From positions 3,933 to 67,932 of the forward strand of contig CAKOTA010000006.1 of NCBI GenBank assembly GCA_934119965.1: 64,000 nt of DNA, in the 5' to 3' direction. The notes under the pieces were generated by a model. It ran no database searches, had not been told where the DNA came from, and worked only from the letters and a program-made list of their open reading frames with translations. How positions within the stretch are numbered: position 1 is the stretch's first letter; every line of letters begins with the position of its first letter. The position numbers and the translations under genes are program-made. Shown in pieces: positions 9,478-17,776 of the stretch. This DNA is from an uncultured Bacilli bacterium. Its GTDB lineage: Bacteria; Bacillota_I; Bacilli_A; RF39; UBA660.

Positions 9478-10045
9478 CTCTAAATTTTTTTTGTTCTATA
9501 TCATCTTCATTTTTATTTGGAAATAGTGTTATTTTATTTCTTCCTTTATTTTTACTTCTGTATAAGGCTTCATCTGCTAAATTAAATAGTTCTCTTCTTT
9601 TTTCAATTATTTCATTAAAACTACTAAATTCAAAATTGGAAATTTTTTCACTTACATAAATTCCAAAGCTCATTGTAATTGAAATTTTATTATGATTGAA
9701 TTCTAATTCAATGTCATCTATCTCTTTTTTTATTTCTTCAACTAATTTTTTTGTTTCATTTGCTGGAGTGTTTTTTATAACAAATACGAATTCATCTCCG
9801 CCAAACCTTCCGGCAACGAAATTTTCATATTTATTCATAAATCTTCTAAATACATCAGCAACCATTTTTAATACTTCATCACCAGCCAGATGACTATAAG
9901 TATCGTTGATTTTTTTAAAAAAATCAATATCACAAACTGTGATTGCTAATGTATTTAAGTCGTTGCTTTTGTTTAAGATATAATTGTCAATTATACTCAT
10001 TATTGAGTCTTTATTTAATACTTTAGTGGCTTCATCATATTTCAT
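9470..10045 (-). CDS. GGDEF-domain diguanylate cyclase (minimum extent; the frame stays open a further 101 codons upstream to 10348)
   Basis: RFGGDEFVF active-site motif and a GGDEF-domain layout. See the finding on the missing canonical start. Confidence 0.75.
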   Translation of the reverse strand: MKYDEATKVLNKDSIMSIIDNYILNKSNDLNTLAITVCDIDFFKKINDTYSHLAGDEVLKMVADVFRRFMNKYENFVAGRFGGDEFVFVIKNTPANETKKLVEEIKKEIDDIELEFNHNKISITMSFGIYVSEKISNFEFSSFNEIIEKRRELFNLADEALYRSKNKGRNKITLFPNKNEDDIEQKKFRVI

Positions 10046-10353
10046 TTTTTCTTCTATTCTTTTAAGTTTATTATTGTTTTCTATGATACTAAATGTATAT
10101 TGTTTACCACCATAATAACAGTTATTAGATTTAATTAAATAATTGTTTCCTGTTTTTTTGTCTTTAAATTCTTTTCCATCTTCTATTGATTTAGTTAATC
10201 TTTCAATGTCTTTTATTGTTTCAATATCTTTTGGAAAAATAATATTATTATTTTGATCTCTAATTATAATATATTTATCACAATTTTTTAAATTTGTGGT
10301 AATAAGTTCTAATATCTCATTTGCTGTCGTAAATATCCCCTCCTTATTTTATA

Positions 10354-11055
10354 TTATTTATAATTATTATTTATGAAACTAATATAAGCCTTATTCTCAA
10401 AATTTTCATTACTTTTCTTAATTTTAAAATTTTTATTTTTTTCTTTGATTAGATTGTTACATATGTATTCTAATAGTTTTGGATTTCTAACTAGTAGAGG
10501 ACCGATTAAATGTGTTCCATAGAAATTTTTGTATTTATATCCTTCATAATTACTTTTTGGATAGTCTCCAGTTCCTTTAATGACTTTAAATAAATGATTA
10601 TCATTTATTTTTAATATTTTTTCTTGGTTTTGAAATCCAATTATTTTATCTTTTAATAGAACACTTTCTAATAATACTTCATCAACTACTCTAAAATTGT
10701 CGTTAATTGTCGTATAATTAAAAATATTTAGGGCATCAATTTTATCTATTTTTGAACCAAACATTTCAATTGAATTTCCAGTACTTATTAATATTTTATT
10801 ATTTTCAATGTATTCTTTTATTTCTTTTTTATATTTTTTTAAGTGAGAAAGTGCTAACAACTGATTATTTTCCGTTCCATTGCCAATATATATTATATCG
10901 ATGTTTTTTAGATTTATGTCATCTCCAATTGTAACAAAGTGGATATTTACTTTTATATTTTGTTCTTCAAAATATTTTTTTAATATTTTAATATTACCCG
11001 ATTCTCCATATAAATTTAGTAAATCATAATATAAATGCATAATATTAATTGTCAT
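10354..11055 (-). CDS. gatD: Lipid II isoglutaminyl synthase, glutaminase subunit GatD
   Basis: CobQ-type glutamine amidotransferase-like protein of ~230 aa, immediately downstream of and overlapping murT. The ATG at 11055 follows GAGGTG. Confidence 0.7.
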   Translation of the reverse strand: MTINIMHLYYDLLNLYGESGNIKILKKYFEEQNIKVNIHFVTIGDDINLKNIDIIYIGNGTENNQLLALSHLKKYKKEIKEYIENNKILISTGNSIEMFGSKIDKIDALNIFNYTTINDNFRVVDEVLLESVLLKDKIIGFQNQEKILKINDNHLFKVIKGTGDYPKSNYEGYKYKNFYGTHLIGPLLVRNPKLLEYICNNLIKEKNKNFKIKKSNENFENKAYISFINNNYK

Positions 11056-12373
11056 TTCGCACCTCATTCATTAATTCGTTAAATGGTTTTACATAGTCAA
11101 AGTTTAATATTCCATAGATATTTCCTTTTGTCTTCTTTTTTATGTATTTTGTTGCTTCTTCTAAATTTTGAAAGGTAATTATTTTTGATTTATTTATGTT
11201 TGCTAATTCAATTCTGGTAGCAATGTCATAACAGTTTTCTCCAACACATATTATTTTGTCAATTTCATGTTTATTTAATATTTCAAAATCAATATCATAT
11301 AGCCAAGATATATCATTATATTTATATCTTCTACTTATTTCTTTCCAACCAATTACAATTGTTTTTAATTCTTTAAATCTATCTATGTATAATAGTGATT
11401 GATTAAATGTTGTATTATTTTCATTTTTATTATTTAAGACAGTTATTAATCGATTTTTATAATTATATGTATTATATATTTTTTTATTTTGTGGAATATT
11501 ATTTATTGTTTCAATTGTTTTCGTAGTTTCTAATTTATATATTTCACTTACTGTAAAGGCAGCTAAAGTGTTATATATTCCAAATAGTATATTATATGGA
11601 ATGTTAATTTTATATTTATCATTTATTGTTATTTCATTTTTTTCATAATTTAATTTTGTTACTTTGTATTTTAAGTCTGGTCTTTTGAAATTACATTTTG
11701 AGCAATAATAATCTCCGTTATTTTCAAATGTATAGTAATTATATTCTAATTTGTTATTACAAATAGGGCAGTAATTAATATTTAGGTTGTTGAATTTATT
11801 TTTTACATATGAGTATTTATTTTTATCAATACCATAATATATAATATTTTTTGCTTCAAATCTTCTTAATATTGGGTCATCACCATTTAATACTAGTGTC
11901 ATATTTTTAGAAATGGCTTTTATTATTTCATTAGATACTAAATCATAATTTCCTTGTCTTGGAGGTTGATCACGACATATGTTTGTAATTACTAATACAT
12001 TTGGTTTTATTGATTTAAATATGTATTTTGCGTATCTTTCGTCAACTTCCATAACTAATACATCTGTTTTGATTTTTCCTTTTAAATTTGAATCATTTAA
12101 TAATGCAGTTGTTATTCCCTCTATTAAGTTTGAATCTTTATTATTGTAAGTTACTTTATATCCTTGATTTTTGAATATTGAGGCAATCATATTAGAGGTT
12201 GAGCCTTTGCCATTACTTCCTGTTACAGCTATTATTTTTTTTGGTAATTCAAATTGACTTAATAGGTTTTTATTTAGTTTTAGTGCTATATAACCTGGTA
12301 GAACACTTCCTCTTTTTAAAATATTACCAGCTATTATTACTAATTTTCCAACAAAAATACTTATTATTTTCAT
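11045..12373 (-). CDS. murT: Lipid II isoglutaminyl synthase, Mur-ligase-like subunit MurT
   Basis: TGSNGKGST P-loop and a Cys4 ribbon (CPICNNK...CSKCNF) typical of MurT. It is paired with gatD. Confidence 0.75.
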   Translation of the reverse strand: MKIISIFVGKLVIIAGNILKRGSVLPGYIALKLNKNLLSQFELPKKIIAVTGSNGKGSTSNMIASIFKNQGYKVTYNNKDSNLIEGITTALLNDSNLKGKIKTDVLVMEVDERYAKYIFKSIKPNVLVITNICRDQPPRQGNYDLVSNEIIKAISKNMTLVLNGDDPILRRFEAKNIIYYGIDKNKYSYVKNKFNNLNINYCPICNNKLEYNYYTFENNGDYYCSKCNFKRPDLKYKVTKLNYEKNEITINDKYKINIPYNILFGIYNTLAAFTVSEIYKLETTKTIETINNIPQNKKIYNTYNYKNRLITVLNNKNENNTTFNQSLLYIDRFKELKTIVIGWKEISRRYKYNDISWLYDIDFEILNKHEIDKIICVGENCYDIATRIELANINKSKIITFQNLEEATKYIKKKTKGNIYGILNFDYVKPFNELMNEVRNDN

Positions 12374-12491
12374 AACATCACCCTATGTGTTGATTATACC
12401 ATAGTTTGTCTTATTTTAAAAGATTATTTCTAGTTTTGTCGAAGTGATTTTTTTTATGTTTTTAATGTGTTATAGTAGGATAGGTGATATT

Positions 12492-12716
12492 ATGAAAAGT
12501 AATCTAATTTACAATAGTGATAAGTTATATGTTAATTTAGATGGAAAGGCAAATAAGAAAGATTTTAAAAATCTTTGTAATAAGATTGATTATTTGGTTA
12601 ATGAATATCAGATTAATGATGTAGTTTTTAGTGTTGCTAAATTAGATAAAAGTATAGATAAATTAATAAATGATTATAAATATGAATTTAGTGGTGAGAT
12701 AACTATTGAAAAATAG
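12492..12716 (+). CDS. Hypothetical small protein (74 aa)
   Basis: The ATG at 12492 follows TAGGTGA. The N-terminal extension in the track is probably not translated. Confidence 0.4.
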   Translation: MKSNLIYNSDKLYVNLDGKANKKDFKNLCNKIDYLVNEYQINDVVFSVAKLDKSIDKLINDYKYEFSGEITIEK

Positions 12717-12744
12717 TTTTTTTATGTGTTATAATTAAATTGCT

Positions 12745-12821
12745 GGTCCGTTGGTGAAGTGGTTTAACACGTTGCCCTCTCAAGGCAATATTCATGAGTT
12801 CGAACCTCATACGGATCACCA
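12745..12821 (+). tRNA. tRNA-Glu (anticodon CUC)
   Basis: Hand-folded cloverleaf: acceptor GGTCCGT/ACGGATC, anticodon stem TTGCC/GGCAA with loop CT-CTC-AA, T arm ATGAG-TTCGAAC-CTCAT, encoded CCA. A TGtTATAAT promoter is at 12727-12735. A hairpin terminator AAATCAATA/TATTGATTT plus T run follows. Confidence 0.85.
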
Positions 12822-12863
12822 TATTAAATATTAAATCAATATTAATTATTGATTTTTTTAAAA

Positions 12864-12937
12864 GCCAATTTAGTTTAGTGGTAAAACAAATCCCTCGTAA
12901 TGATTAGAGATAAGTTCGATTCTTATAATTGGCACCA
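12864..12937 (+). tRNA. tRNA-Thr (anticodon CGU)
   Basis: Hand-folded: acceptor GCCAATT/AATTGGC, anticodon loop CT-CGT-AA (one C-U mismatch at the base of the anticodon stem), T arm ATAAG-TTCGATT-CTTAT, encoded CCA. Confidence 0.8.
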
Positions 12938-13055
12938 TATTGATACTAAACTCGAACTATAAAAGTTCGAGTTTTAAAATGATTAAATTTATGCTAAAAT
13001 ATTTGTGTAGATTAAATTCATTTTTTCAATTTAGAAACATACTTGCAAATTGACA
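12931..13055 (+). repeat. Junction element R0 (tRNA-Thr 3' end + right arm, type alpha)
   Basis: Reads GGCACCATATTGATACTAAACTCGAAC...GTTCGAGTTT hairpin, then a TGcTAAAAT box, then CAATTTAGAAACATACTTGCAAATTGACA. Confidence 0.8.
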
Positions 13056-13139
13056 TAATCAATTAGCATGCGGAATTACAGTTAGTGGTTCAATTTTAAA
13101 TAAGTTGTGATATAATAGTGAGTCAAAAGGAGGAAAAAT

Positions 13140-13799
13140 ATGATTAGTACAAGTAGTTATAATAATTGGCAATCAGATAAGTATATTACATACTCTATTT
13201 CTGGCAATCGTGGAAAAGATGCAAATTACCAAGGAAGATGCTATCCCGGGTTAGCACCAAAACTTTCTTTTTGGAAAACATGGCATGATAATATTGGAAA
13301 AGTTTCTGATGAAGAAAATAATAGATATTATGTTCAAGAATATTGGAATCAGGTATTATCAAAGTTAGATCCAGAACAAGTTTATAGGGAATTAGATTAT
13401 TCAGTATTATTATGTTATGAATCAAATGCTGAATTTTGTCATAGACATATAGTAGCTGCATGGTTTGAAATATTATTAGGTGTAAATGTCCCTGAAACAA
13501 AGGCAAATGACTATGCAATAGAAGAAGTAGAAAGACCAGCATATATTAAACAATATTTAGAAGAGGCAATGAGACATAATAGAAATATGAGAGGATTTAA
13601 TTCTTTAAGAGCATTATATTTATTTGAAAAAGGTGAGAAATTAGAGAGTTTGGCAAATGAATTAGAAGAAAAAAGCGGCAAATGTTATGGTGATTATAGA
13701 CAGGCTGCCTGCTACCTTAGATGTGATGCAGACGAAGTTGAATCAGAATATAATAAAAATCATAGTAAAAATTCATTAGTAAAAACTAAAAAAATATGA
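13140..13799 (+). CDS. DUF488-family protein with C-terminal extension (cassette A)
   Basis: LLCYESNAEFCHRHIVAAW matches the DUF488 C...CHR signature as I recall it. It has its own TGaTATAAT promoter at about 13107 and an AAAGGAGG RBS. Confidence 0.55.
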   Translation: MISTSSYNNWQSDKYITYSISGNRGKDANYQGRCYPGLAPKLSFWKTWHDNIGKVSDEENNRYYVQEYWNQVLSKLDPEQVYRELDYSVLLCYESNAEFCHRHIVAAWFEILLGVNVPETKANDYAIEEVERPAYIKQYLEEAMRHNRNMRGFNSLRALYLFEKGEKLESLANELEEKSGKCYGDYRQAACYLRCDADEVESEYNKNHSKNSLVKTKKI

Positions 13800-13822
13800 A
13801 TACTATAGTTAGTTAATAATTA

Positions 13823-13998
13823 TTACTAACTCTTTCTTTTGTTCTAGAAGTTGTTTTACTTCTTTCTTTAGGGCACCAGATTGATAGTAAACTCGAACAC
13901 TTTTATTGTTCGGGTTTTAAAATGATTAAATTTATGCTAGAATATTTGTGTAGATTAAATTCATTTTTTCAATTTAGAAACATACTTGCAAATTGACA
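13823..13998 (+). repeat. Junction element R1 (left arm + core + right arm, type alpha)
   Basis: Left arm and core read TTACTAACTCTTTCTTTTGTTCTAGAAGTTGTTTTACTTCTTTCTTTAGGGCACCAGATTGATAGTAAACTCGAAC. The right arm is nearly identical to R0. Confidence 0.85.
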
Positions 13999-14052
13999 CC
14001 AATATTAATTGATGCCAATAGTATTAATTACAATTAGAAGTTTGGTGGTAAT

Positions 14053-14757
14053 ATGACAAATAATATTAATATAAAAGATATTTCTCAAATTAATATAAAT
14101 AAAACTTTTTTTCACTATACTAATAAAAACAATTTAAATACTATTATAAAAAACGGTTTAGAGCCAAGAATAGGGAAAAATTCTTTATATGTAGAGAAAA
14201 GTAAAAAGGTATTTTTTTCTCAAGGAGGAACTGGAATATTAACTCTTATGGATGTTTGGCTAAGGTGGTTAACATCAAAATTTGGAATAAGTAATCAAAT
14301 TTATTGTTTGGGAACTTTTTATATGAGAATGCCATTATGTATTAAATGTATTCCTAATTATGTTGTTAGTAAATTTTTAAAAAGTAAAAATAAACGCATA
14401 AAAGTATTTAATCAACTTAAAAATATCTTAGATAATAGTGTTTTTTTGATTTTAGATTTAGAGGAAAATGTAGATTTTGACTACAATGATTTAGATGAAG
14501 TAAAGGAGACTTATTATGAGAGCTTTTTAAAGTTGTTATATCCTAGCGTAAGTGATTTAAAGGATAAAAAAATGGAGTATTGGAATATGCATACATACTC
14601 TAATAAGGTGATTGATAGTTCAAAAATTTCGTTATTAAAAGATAAAGATGAATATTCTGCTAGTAAGATATTAAAACAATTAATAGATGATAATATTTTA
14701 TATGTAAAACAGAATCTTGATTTTTTATATGAATATTATAACTATTTTTATAATTAA
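14053..14757 (+). CDS. Hypothetical protein (cassette B)
   Basis: 234-aa ORF. N-terminal FFHYTNKNNLNTIIKNGLEPRIG is reminiscent of the first motif of ART-fold / Tpt1 / DarT-like enzymes, but this is weak. Confidence 0.45.
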   Translation: MTNNINIKDISQININKTFFHYTNKNNLNTIIKNGLEPRIGKNSLYVEKSKKVFFSQGGTGILTLMDVWLRWLTSKFGISNQIYCLGTFYMRMPLCIKCIPNYVVSKFLKSKNKRIKVFNQLKNILDNSVFLILDLEENVDFDYNDLDEVKETYYESFLKLLYPSVSDLKDKKMEYWNMHTYSNKVIDSSKISLLKDKDEYSASKILKQLIDDNILYVKQNLDFLYEYYNYFYN

Positions 14758-14773
14758 CTATAATTTTTTGTTG

Positions 14774-14909
14774 GTTGTTCTACTTCTTTCCTTAGGGCAC
14801 CAGATTGATAGTTACTCGAATTTTTTCGAGATAACATAAAAACTACTCTCAAAATTAAATTGAAAGTAGTTTTATTTTGATAATTTAGAAACACACTTAC
14901 AAATTGACA
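14774..14909 (+). repeat. Junction element R2 (partial left arm + core + right arm, type beta)
   Basis: Reads GTTGTTCTACTTCTTTCCTTAGGGCACCAGATTGATAGTTACTCGAA, then hairpin AAAACTACT/AGTAGTTTT, then TAATTTAGAAACACACTTACAAATTGACA. Confidence 0.8.
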
Positions 14910-14945
14910 TAATCATTATGCATGTATAATAAATATTATATATTT

Positions 14946-16253
14946 TTAATCAGTTACCTTATTAAATAAACTATTCTTTATATATAATATGTCTTCTATG
15001 GATTTTCCTATATTAAATCTTCCATTTCCTACTGGATAAAAAACTGAATAACATTTATATTTTTTATTATTAATAATTTTTTCAAATTGTTTTTTTCTAC
15101 ATTGAGAAACAGATATTTTTTCATTTAGTACAATCGAACTAACTTGATTACCAAATAATACTATTACTTTTGGATTAATAATCTCAATTTCTTTTTCTAA
15201 TAAATGTAGGTATTCTTTGTAAACACTATCTGGTAATGGTCTTGCATCTATTTGTGTGCACTTTCCTAAATTAGTTATAAAATATTTGTGTTTTTTTACA
15301 TTTTCATATACAATGCTTGCAAACTCTTCAGTCCAATCAGTACCTTTAATATTTTTAATTTTATTATATATATCTTCATCAAGCATTCCGAGTGAATAAA
15401 ACAAATTCCAAATGTTTTTAGTTCCTATCCAAGGAGATTTTAATCCTTTCCAATTCTTGGAAGATGCAATATTTTTTTTTGTTGGATTCATAAATACAAA
15501 GCAAATATCAGGGTTTTTATCACATCCACCATTATAGATAGAATCTAATTCTTTAGCTCCATACTTTTGTTGCAATTTATCATACTCTTTAGTTAAATCA
15601 CCTAAAGTCATACACAACTCCTTTGTTAGCTTTTTATCTTTATTTTGTTCCATTGAAGTTATTGTATTTAATATAAAATCAAAAATATCTTTTTGTTCTA
15701 CATCCATAGTGTTTTTCTCTTCTTCTTCAGTTAATTCAGATTTAAACTTACCAACTGACTCTATTATTTGAATGGAAGCTAAAGGGTAACCTTCATCTAT
15801 TATTTCACTTTTCCTATTAGTAAATTCACGATTTGCTTTATATTCAAAAGTAAATGTATCATCACCATTAACAATAGCTACACCTTTTAGAAAATAACCA
15901 CGTAGTTTTCCATTGGCACCATATTGATTTACTAAAGAAGTATAATAATCTATCATTTCATCATCATTTAATCTTTTTCCATTTACTCTTCTTACATGAG
16001 TACCAGGTTGTATTTCATCTGGCACATCATCTAAAAATAATCCTTCATCTAAAGCAATTGTTGTCATATTACTTAAATTATTATATTCAGTAGCTTTTAT
16101 AATAGCATTTTCAATAGGATTTTTACCTGTTTCATCAACATCTGCTTCAATATTTAAATCGTTTAAGGTTACGATATCTAATCCTTTTTCTTTTAATTTT
16201 GTTCCATAATATCTAATCTTGGCTTTGTTTGTGGTTGCTAATAAATACTTCAT
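14946..16253 (-). CDS. Fusion protein: Ham1/RdgB-like non-canonical NTP pyrophosphatase (N-terminal) + uracil-DNA-glycosylase-superfamily domain (C-terminal) (cassette C)
   Basis: The N-terminus (LLATTNKAKI...DETG...ALDEGLF) has an ITPase-like pattern. The C-terminus (CFVFMNPT, YFITNLGKCTQ, PKVIVLFGNQV) has a UDG-fold pattern with divergent motifs. A TGgTATAAT promoter on the minus strand is at about 16290. Confidence 0.6.
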   Translation of the reverse strand: MKYLLATTNKAKIRYYGTKLKEKGLDIVTLNDLNIEADVDETGKNPIENAIIKATEYNNLSNMTTIALDEGLFLDDVPDEIQPGTHVRRVNGKRLNDDEMIDYYTSLVNQYGANGKLRGYFLKGVAIVNGDDTFTFEYKANREFTNRKSEIIDEGYPLASIQIIESVGKFKSELTEEEEKNTMDVEQKDIFDFILNTITSMEQNKDKKLTKELCMTLGDLTKEYDKLQQKYGAKELDSIYNGGCDKNPDICFVFMNPTKKNIASSKNWKGLKSPWIGTKNIWNLFYSLGMLDEDIYNKIKNIKGTDWTEEFASIVYENVKKHKYFITNLGKCTQIDARPLPDSVYKEYLHLLEKEIEIINPKVIVLFGNQVSSIVLNEKISVSQCRKKQFEKIINNKKYKCYSVFYPVGNGRFNIGKSIEDILYIKNSLFNKVTD

Positions 16254-16360
16254 TTTTGTACCTCCATTTTCTGTTTGATTATACCATATTTTGAGTATAT
16301 TTACTAGTTAAGTATTTTATAATTTATATTTTTATGCTATACTCGTATCAGTTAATTTTA

Positions 16361-16451
16361 TTACTAACTTTTTCTTTTGTTCGAAGAGTTGTTCTGCTTC
16401 TTTCCTTAGAGGGCATCAGATTGATTGATACTTGGACATGTCCTGAGTTTT
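16361..16451 (+). repeat. Junction element R3 (left arm + degenerate core + hairpin)
   Basis: Reads TTACTAACTTTTTCTTTTGTTCGAAGAGTTGTTCTGCTTCTTTCCTTAGAGGGCATCAGATTGATTGATACTTGGACATGTCC. The right arm is replaced. Confidence 0.7.
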
Positions 16452-16515
16452 AGTAATAGATTGCTAACAGAAATGTTAGTTTTTTTTACTTAAATCGAAA
16501 GGATGAGTAACGATT

Positions 16516-16790
16516 ATGTTTGAGATAGAAACTAAAAACTTAAAAATAAGTGATGAACTTAATAGAAAGTCGGTTTGCTTGTGTTAAATATGAATTTATA
16601 CTAGGTAATATTAAGTCAATTAAAAATACCAATGTTGCCTATGTAAAACCTCATATTTTAAAAGTTAAAGGAAATGATTACTTAATCTAGAAGAATGCAA
16701 AGAAGTCTTTATGAATGGCTATAATGACAAAATAAAACAAAAAGATTTAGAAATCTATCTAAAAAGGAAAGATAATTAACTGAATTTTAT
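16516..16790 (+). pseudogene. Decayed coding remnant (several short in-phase pieces broken by stops or frameshifts) (cassette D)
   Basis: Consecutive short protein-like reading segments in different frames (MFEIETKNLKISDELNRK..., ...YEFILGNIKSIKNTNVAYVKPHILKVKGNDY..., ...EECKEVFMNGYNDKIKQKDLEIYLKRKDN). Identity unknown. Confidence 0.3.
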
Positions 16791-16854
16791 GGTAAAATTG
16801 ATATAGGAAAACGGTTAGTCAGACTTGCCTGACTATTTAGAAAGGAGCAAAAAT

Positions 16855-17748
16855 ATGGCAAAAGACTTAGTAAAAACTGAAATAAATGTTATAGATAATA
16901 AAATAGGAATAATGAGAATTGGAGATGTTGATTATATATCACTTACTGATTTAGCAAAATATCAAAATCCAGAAGATCCATCAGGCGTAATTAGAAATTG
17001 GATGTCTAATAAAAATTCATTTGATTATTATGGTTTGTGGGAACAAATAAATAATGAAAATTTTAATTCCGTGGAATTTCACGTAATTAAAACTGAAGAA
17101 GCACCATACAATAGATTCACTATGACTCCAAAGAGATGGAAAGAGAAATTTAATGCAATAGGTATTGTTCCAAGCGCAGGAAAATATAGTGTTGGAACAT
17201 TTGCTCATCCTGATATAGCATTTGAATTTGCTAGTTGGTTAAGTCCAGAATTTAAACTTTATTTAATAAAAGAATTTGAAAGATTAAAGAAAAATGAAGC
17301 ATACCAACAAAAATTAGAATGGCATGCTAACAGGGTTTTATCAAAAGTAAATTATGTAGTTCATACAGATGCAGTTAAAAATTATATAGTTCCTATACTA
17401 ACAGAAGAACAAAAAAGATTTGTATATGCTGAAGAAGCTGATGTATTAAATGTAGCATTATTTGGAATGACTGCTAAAGAATGGAGACAAGAAAATCCAG
17501 AACTTGCTAAAAAAGGAAATATTAGAGACTATACAGATTTATTACATTTAGTAATATTAAATAATTTAGAAAATACAAATGCAGAGTTTATAAAATTAGG
17601 TATATCACAGAGTGAAAGATTAATTAGTTTAAATAATTCTGCTAGAAATCAAATGGAAATATTAAAAAATAATAATGGTATTAAAGAATTAGAATTATTA
17701 CAAGAAAGAATAAATGATAATAATAAAGTTTTGATAGAAAATAAATAG
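16855..17748 (+). CDS. KilA-N domain-containing protein (cassette D)
   Basis: The N-terminus has a KilA-N-like pattern (...VDYISLTDLAKYQ...VIRNWM...). The ATG at 16855 follows AAAGGAG; the track start at 16825 is probably too early. Confidence 0.55.
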   Translation: MAKDLVKTEINVIDNKIGIMRIGDVDYISLTDLAKYQNPEDPSGVIRNWMSNKNSFDYYGLWEQINNENFNSVEFHVIKTEEAPYNRFTMTPKRWKEKFNAIGIVPSAGKYSVGTFAHPDIAFEFASWLSPEFKLYLIKEFERLKKNEAYQQKLEWHANRVLSKVNYVVHTDAVKNYIVPILTEEQKRFVYAEEADVLNVALFGMTAKEWRQENPELAKKGNIRDYTDLLHLVILNNLENTNAEFIKLGISQSERLISLNNSARNQMEILKNNNGIKELELLQERINDNNKVLIENK

Positions 17749-17776
17749 TATTATTAATTTTATGGTGTATAATTAG

